Notes under the pieces: generated by a model
The model's input: the letters and a program-made list of their open reading frames with translations, nothing else
The model's database searches: none
What the model was told of the DNA's origin: nothing
NCBI GenBank assembly: GCA_035530195.1
Contig: DATKVG010000103.1
Coordinates: forward strand, 4,069 to 68,068
Reading direction: 5' to 3'
DNA length: 64,000 nucleotides
Origin: Candidatus Bathyarchaeia archaeon
GTDB taxonomy: Bacteria; Hydrogenedentota; Hydrogenedentia; Hydrogenedentales; SLHB01
Part shown: positions 58,657-64,000 of the stretch, piece by piece
How the letters are laid out: each line of letters opens with the position of its first letter
How positions within the stretch are numbered: position 1 is the stretch's first letter
Program-made: the position numbers and the translations under genes

Positions 58657-58884
58657 TGTTCCCTTCCTCCTGAATGAGTATGACTGCCGTACTGAACCTC
58701 GATCAACCGTAGCGAGTCAGTAGTGCATCACTGGGGCATTTTAAGGTTGAGATGCGTCACGCGCCGAAACTGTTCGATTAAACGTAGAAGAGGCTTCTAG
58801 CCTCTTGCTCTCCACGGCCAAGCCGCAAGCACGCGGCAAGATGCCGCGTCTACTACCTACTGAAGCCGCTGCAAAAAACGCGGG

Positions 58885-60999
58885 CTACGGAATTGCAATG
58901 TGAAGGCCATCCTCGTTACGGGCGGCGGCAAAGGCCTGTTTGAGCCAAGTCGACTCGCTCGCGTCCACGCTCAGGTTGTGTGCAGTGACCTCGCGATCAC
59001 CAAGCACGGCCAGCCATTGGGGTACGTCGCCGTAACGCAGGATAAACGGGATGATCGGCAGGCCGTCCGGTTGGTCCCGCCAATTCCTGTAGGTTTCGTA
59101 CCGGCAACCGTTCAGATCCACGTCCAACACGCGAATTCGGGGATCGAGGATGCCGGCGAAAACGGCCGCCAGACCCAAGTATGCCGTGCCGTGAGTCTCG
59201 ATGCGGACCGATTCGAGGTTCGCCGCCGGATACTGCTCGAGCGCCTGCAGCACGCTCCGGATGTCCGACACGGCCATGCCCACAATCGGCCGCCCCCACA
59301 CGATGCCGTTGCGCTCCCAGGCCCAGAGCAGATGATTCAGTTGGTCTTCGGGTTTCTCATAAGCGCTCAGGTTCGAAGCGACGTTATGCTTGACAAGGTC
59401 CGGTCCAATCTTGCCCGCAAGTCCCGCAAGGTCGTACACGCCCGTGAAACGGATGTCGGCCAGCACAACCAATTCGCCTTTCATTGCGCGTTCAACATAT
59501 GAGCCGGCCTTGTCGCGGCCAGTCGAACCGCCGCTTCGAAGCACGAGTGAGACGGGCCACGGGCGCGCTGCATCGCCGGCAGGCCGAACGATGAGCCCCG
59601 GCAAGCGGAGATCTCCCTCCGAAGGGAAAAGTACTTGTTCGACGAGTGCCCCGCCGTCGCGTCGCGCCTCTCCCAACTCCATTCCCTTGCGGGCGGTAGG
59701 GAGCCGGGCGTCCAATCCCAGCAATTGCGGAAGCACGCCAGCCATTTCCTTCTGATAGGGTGCCCAGTCGGCTTGCGTATCGAGATTCCGCTGCACAAAG
59801 TGGAACCGCTCGCGAAATATCGTCGATAGATGGCTGAGGCCCTTGTTACGCGGATTGTCGATGGGCAGGTCGTTTATGGTTTCCGGCGGAGAGATGGTCA
59901 CGACCTCTTTGGGCTCGTCCGGAATGGGCTGCTTGAAGTCGCCGTCGTTCCTGAGCCATTTCTCCATCCACCAGTAGGTCCGCTCCCTCTTTGGCTGATC
60001 GTACGCGTGCTCGGTAGGCCAGTATGTGCAACTCGCACGGTCAGGGTGGCCGTTGGCGCGGTATAAGTCCAATATCGTGGGGTAGTTGTCGTGCGGGAAG
60101 TGGCGCGTCCAATCGTTCATGACGAGGTACTGTATGGGGCGCGGGAAAGCCAGTGCGCTGATCTCGGGCCAGTCGGTGTAGGACATGACGTTGGGCCAGT
60201 GGTTGCACTCACAATGCGCAGCATGGGGAAACATAATCTCCCGGTAGTCGCATGTGAGCCCGACAATGGTGGCGGCTTGCACGCGGGCGTCCAACGCGGT
60301 GACCATCTGTGTCTGAAGACCGCCGCCCGATGCCCCCGCCACGCCGATCCGCTCGGGATCGACCTCCGGCAGCGATTGCAACAAATCGATACCCCGCATG
60401 TTGGTCCAGATCATGTGCGTTTGATGCGAAATCCCCAAGGCAAGGTCCTCGTAATGGTTTTGCTTCGGGCTCAACACGACATAACCCATCTTGGCGAGAA
60501 CAACGCAGCGTTTCTGCACGTCGGGGGCCGCGTAACCCTCTTTCCAGTGACCGTGCGGGCACAGCATCCCCGGCGCGGGCCGGTCGACGAACTCCTTGGG
60601 CGTGAACAGCAGTCCGGACGTATACACACCCGGCCACAGTTGGTACTCGATCTTTTCGATCGTGCACCACGGGTGATCGATGGGCGCCGACTTGTGAACA
60701 TCCAGATCGATCCGTTCCGGCAGAGGATCGAGGCCCACGTCGTTCAGCAACCTCGAACGCAGCTCCTGCTGGCGGGCAGTCAACGCGTCTCCCGTTAACA
60801 CAGGGAACGGTTCAGGGACGGACATGGCCTCAAAGTAGGCCGTCAACGCTGTCGCCGCTTCCCGGCCCGTTACGGGCGATTGAGCATGCACCGCCGCCGT
60901 CCCAAGTATCATCAGGACAAGACACGTAGCCGGAACGGACGCCCGGCGCACCTTCAGACGAACTGCCGGCTTGAAAAGGCTCACATACACCAGGAGCAC
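58885..60999 (-). CDS. secreted alpha/beta hydrolase, paralog of the 2767-4707 product
   Basis: Signal-like N-terminus. It has a nucleophile elbow GVAGASGGG and a two-lobed architecture equivalent to the first hydrolase. The start may be an internal ATG about 29 codons downstream. Confidence 0.6.
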   Translation of the reverse strand: MLLVYVSLFKPAVRLKVRRASVPATCLVLMILGTAAVHAQSPVTGREAATALTAYFEAMSVPEPFPVLTGDALTARQQELRSRLLNDVGLDPLPERIDLDVHKSAPIDHPWCTIEKIEYQLWPGVYTSGLLFTPKEFVDRPAPGMLCPHGHWKEGYAAPDVQKRCVVLAKMGYVVLSPKQNHYEDLALGISHQTHMIWTNMRGIDLLQSLPEVDPERIGVAGASGGGLQTQMVTALDARVQAATIVGLTCDYREIMFPHAAHCECNHWPNVMSYTDWPEISALAFPRPIQYLVMNDWTRHFPHDNYPTILDLYRANGHPDRASCTYWPTEHAYDQPKRERTYWWMEKWLRNDGDFKQPIPDEPKEVVTISPPETINDLPIDNPRNKGLSHLSTIFRERFHFVQRNLDTQADWAPYQKEMAGVLPQLLGLDARLPTARKGMELGEARRDGGALVEQVLFPSEGDLRLPGLIVRPAGDAARPWPVSLVLRSGGSTGRDKAGSYVERAMKGELVVLADIRFTGVYDLAGLAGKIGPDLVKHNVASNLSAYEKPEDQLNHLLWAWERNGIVWGRPIVGMAVSDIRSVLQALEQYPAANLESVRIETHGTAYLGLAAVFAGILDPRIRVLDVDLNGCRYETYRNWRDQPDGLPIIPFILRYGDVPQWLAVLGDREVTAHNLSVDASESTWLKQAFAAARNEDGLHIAIP

Positions 61000-61276
61000 C
61001 TCCTGTCGGGTACGGTGTTGCGTTCAAGCACGTACAGACAAAACTCACACACCATCTGGAACTCAAGAACCCAGGAAACAGACAACTGCGCGAATACCAA
61101 CCTTCCTGATTTCCTGAGTTCGAGATTCTCTTGGTTTTGGAACCGTAATTGTATCTGTTTGTTCGCGAATTGGTATGAGTCACAGCATTTAAGCGCCTTG
61201 AGAGTACCAGATTGCATACGGCTTGTAGTACCAGCGTTTCCCGCGCCCGCGTGGCAATAGACCGCGGGACCTGGCC

Positions 61277-63961
61277 CTACCCGCGCAAGGCGTAGATCGT
61301 GCCGGCCTGGTCTCCCACGAGGATAGACGCCTCGCTCTTGCCTTCCAGGTCGGCCACAATCAGCGGGCCGAGGGTTGACGGCGCTTCCCAACGCCACAGC
61401 ACGTGTCCCGCGGCCGTGTCTGCGGCGGTGGTGACGGCGCAGAGGGTTGTACCTGCGGTCGCGAGGATATCGCATCGCCCGTCGCCATTGATGTCGGCGC
61501 TGGCCACGCCCGTAAGCGTGCCCGGCAAGGGCGGCGACATGGTCCATTCGACGGTGCCCTTCCGCACGTCGTAGCATCGCCAGCCGTCGCCAAAACCTGT
61601 GCCCATCGTCTCGAGCGCGCCGTCCCCGTCAAAATCGCCGAAGGCGAACAGTCCCAGCCCTTTTCCCGATTCGTCGGACCAGACCAGTTGTCCGGCGTGG
61701 TCGATCAGCGCGGTCAAGTCGGTGCCCGCCATGAACAGATAAGGTTTGGCCTCGAGGCCCGCCAACTCAGGCATGGCCACGGGCCGGCCCCAGTACACGG
61801 GATTATCCTTGACCGTGGGCCAGCTCGTATCCCGCTTGAGCAACAGTTCGCCCGTTGCGCCATCGAGTACATAGAGCAGCGAAGGATAGAACGAGGCCAC
61901 GTCGTCCAGCCCGTCGCCATCGAAGTCGGCGAGCGCAAAGGCCGTCCCGCCCACTCCGCGGTTCTGGTGCGGGGTCGCTTGACGCCGTTGCCGCCAGCAT
62001 TCCCGACCGTCCTGGCCTGACAACAGCGCCGTCTCTTCGCTGTGCATCATAGACCGGCGCACGGTCACCAAGACGTCCATGCGCTCAGGATGCGTGAAGT
62101 GGCCCGCTTGCCACAACACAATCCCGCCTACGTTCCAGGTAGGCAGGTCCCCGGGAATGTCGGGAAAATCGTGATGCCAAACCTCTTTGCCGGTGACTAC
62201 GTCTTCCGCCACAAAACGGGCGCAGCCTTCCGGGGCTCTGGCGGCATACAGCAACGCCCTGCGTCCGTCGCCCGCGAGATCGGCAAGCACCGGCCCCGGC
62301 GAAATCGATCCTTCCCACGAGGTGTCCTGCACCCTTCCGGTTGTGCGGCGCACTATTTCCGCCGGTTGGTCTCCGCGCGGTGGATGCAACAGCACGATTT
62401 CCTCGCCACTGCCCCGGACAACCACGACAGGTTGCGCGTCCGCGCGCGCGTTTTCCTGCCCAGCCCACACCACCGCCGGAGGCGCCAGCGATACCCCTGG
62501 ATGTTGGGTTGCCTGCATGTCCACGCGGCCCTGGACAGTGAGGGTTTGCCCGGCGCGTGACTGAAAAAGCAGCGACCCAGAACCGTCAATCGCCAGACCG
62601 GACAGCCCCGCGCCTGTAACCGAGCCCTCCTGCCGGAATCCATTGTCCCACCGGGCGAGCGCCAGGACGGACTCGGTCCTCAATGCCGCGACGAACCCCC
62701 GGGACGAAGCTCGCGCCAGCACGGTTTCCTGGCCCAGCGTTGCCCCGGCGTATACGTGCTCCGCTACGGGTGCGCGATGATGCTCCCAGGCCCTGCCCGA
62801 CGATTGCCAGACGCACTCCAATCTGTTCGCGCCCGCCCCTGCGCGCCATTTCCACACCCGGATCGGGCCCCACTGCGCCACGGCCGCCCCTTGGGTATCG
62901 GTGGTCAACAGTTCGGCCCGGCCGTCGCCGTCCACGTCCATGGCTGCTTCGAAATAAGCGTCGTCAAGCTCCGCTTTCACCACCCCGGTCAGCCCGTCGC
63001 GCACGTGCGCGTGCCAACGACTGTCGCGCCGCTCGTTGTAGCCGCTCCATATCACCTCCGCCACGCCGTCGCCATCCATGTCCGCCACGCAAGTCGGCCT
63101 CACACGCACGATCGTGCTTGGATCGTCGATGATCAACTCGATTTCCTGTTTCCACAGCAGTTCGAGACGCCCTTCCCGAAACCCGAGCACGTCCACGTGC
63201 TTGGCGAAATCCGCCAACACTACAAATTCCCACAACCCGTCTCCGTTCAAATCGTGCGCGCCAAAATAGCCATAGTTTCGGCCCGGCGTGAACTTGCATC
63301 GCTGTTCAAGCCGGCCCGTGGCCGCGTCGAAAAGATGCAGGGCGTACCATGGCAGCACGGCGATCTCGAGTTGGCCGTCATGATCGTAATCTTCCGCCAG
63401 CAGGCCCACGTTGCTCGTGTTGCCGCCGGGCCGCCAGTCGCTTTCCCACTGCACTTGCCACACCCCGTCTTTCCACGCCCGGCACACCACCCGGAAATCC
63501 TTGTCGTATTGGCCCCGGGGCCGCATTTCATAAACCACTTCTTCGACGCCGGGTATCTCCGGCAAGACGTCCGCCAGTACCCGCGCCGATACGTTTTCCG
63601 GGCGCGGCTGAACCTTGCCATCGAGTAATACGTCCCTCGCCTGCGGATACCACCTCGCCATATCCGGCAACGATTGCGGCAGGCCGGCCGTCTCCACCGC
63701 AACAGTGTGTTCCGCGATTCCGTCCAACGCCAGCGATCCCAGCGCCAACACCGTTCCCACGTCGTACTGCCACGCCACCCGCGGCGACTCGATATGGCCC
63801 TTGAGCGGCGAGTACGAGAGCCGCGTGCCATCGCGCTTTTCGCACGGCCATTCCGCGGCATTGGGAAATGCCGACGGCTTCGGAAACGCCGGTTCCGAGT
63901 GACCCGCGATGCAGACAGCAAGAGCCGCCAACGCCGCGCACAATGTTCTGCGCGTCATCAC
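61277..63961 (-). CDS. secreted FG-GAP/beta-propeller repeat protein
   Basis: Signal peptide (MMTRRTLCAALAALAVCIAG). It carries multiple DxDGDG / DFDGDG calcium-binding FG-GAP-like repeats. Confidence 0.65.
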   Translation of the reverse strand: MMTRRTLCAALAALAVCIAGHSEPAFPKPSAFPNAAEWPCEKRDGTRLSYSPLKGHIESPRVAWQYDVGTVLALGSLALDGIAEHTVAVETAGLPQSLPDMARWYPQARDVLLDGKVQPRPENVSARVLADVLPEIPGVEEVVYEMRPRGQYDKDFRVVCRAWKDGVWQVQWESDWRPGGNTSNVGLLAEDYDHDGQLEIAVLPWYALHLFDAATGRLEQRCKFTPGRNYGYFGAHDLNGDGLWEFVVLADFAKHVDVLGFREGRLELLWKQEIELIIDDPSTIVRVRPTCVADMDGDGVAEVIWSGYNERRDSRWHAHVRDGLTGVVKAELDDAYFEAAMDVDGDGRAELLTTDTQGAAVAQWGPIRVWKWRAGAGANRLECVWQSSGRAWEHHRAPVAEHVYAGATLGQETVLARASSRGFVAALRTESVLALARWDNGFRQEGSVTGAGLSGLAIDGSGSLLFQSRAGQTLTVQGRVDMQATQHPGVSLAPPAVVWAGQENARADAQPVVVVRGSGEEIVLLHPPRGDQPAEIVRRTTGRVQDTSWEGSISPGPVLADLAGDGRRALLYAARAPEGCARFVAEDVVTGKEVWHHDFPDIPGDLPTWNVGGIVLWQAGHFTHPERMDVLVTVRRSMMHSEETALLSGQDGRECWRQRRQATPHQNRGVGGTAFALADFDGDGLDDVASFYPSLLYVLDGATGELLLKRDTSWPTVKDNPVYWGRPVAMPELAGLEAKPYLFMAGTDLTALIDHAGQLVWSDESGKGLGLFAFGDFDGDGALETMGTGFGDGWRCYDVRKGTVEWTMSPPLPGTLTGVASADINGDGRCDILATAGTTLCAVTTAADTAAGHVLWRWEAPSTLGPLIVADLEGKSEASILVGDQAGTIYALRG

Positions 63962-64000
63962 CGCTGTTCTCCCGGCGCAGACTCCGCCGCCCGTTCGCGA

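Overview
This is a high-GC (~64%) bacterial chromosomal segment with about 52 protein-coding genes. No rRNA, tRNA, CRISPR array, transposase or integrase could be recognised. Unless noted, product calls rest on motifs I recognised in the six-frame translations, not on database searches.

Left to right the genes are:
- trkA (5' truncated by the window edge) and trkH.
- A large secreted alpha/beta hydrolase with a GNSGGG nucleophile motif; a paralog sits at 58885-60999.
- comEA, mprF, a DUF1003 membrane protein.
- A divergent Crp/Fnr regulator next to hcp (hybrid-cluster protein) and a 4Fe-4S ferredoxin-like protein, with a TTGAC-N4-GTCAA box between them.
- ptsI (PTS enzyme I), a polytopic-membrane domain fused to a CapA-type metallophosphoesterase, dsbD, and cysE on the opposite strand.
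- A co-directional block at 19446-27610: a MATE exporter, a small GG-containing ORF, two tandem radical-SAM/SPASM enzymes, a protein of unknown N-terminal domain fused to GT2, a GT4 glycosyltransferase, and a hypothetical protein. This is the best candidate for an undescribed system: a glycosylated-peptide or glycan-modification cluster.
- A four-helix-bundle protein gene bracketed by inverted arrays of 9-bp tandem repeats.
- tyrS, a PKD-domain lipoprotein, a zinc-ribbon NUDIX hydrolase, rfbB and rfbD.
- About 950 bp with no ORF but dense in hairpins (candidate ncRNA).
- truA and eda.
- An amino-sugar/uronate cluster: LmbE-like deacetylase, NagB-like isomerase, M24 peptidase, UxaC-like isomerase.
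- clpP and recG.
- A complete F1F0 ATP synthase operon (atpZ, atpI, atpB, atpE, b', b, atpH, atpA, atpG, atpD, atpC) with an internal attenuator hairpin.
- A DUF4143 AAA ATPase, a Tat-exported protein, a remnant of a duplicated gene 3' end, the second alpha/beta hydrolase, and an FG-GAP repeat protein.

Several short repeat families recur in intergenic regions: palindromic elements, REP-like hairpins, and 7-9-bp tandem arrays. The gene content (trk, mprF, many secreted FG-GAP/PKD proteins, standard Shine-Dalgarno sites) points to a high-GC Gram-negative lineage, possibly PVC-like, but the phylum is not resolved from sequence alone.
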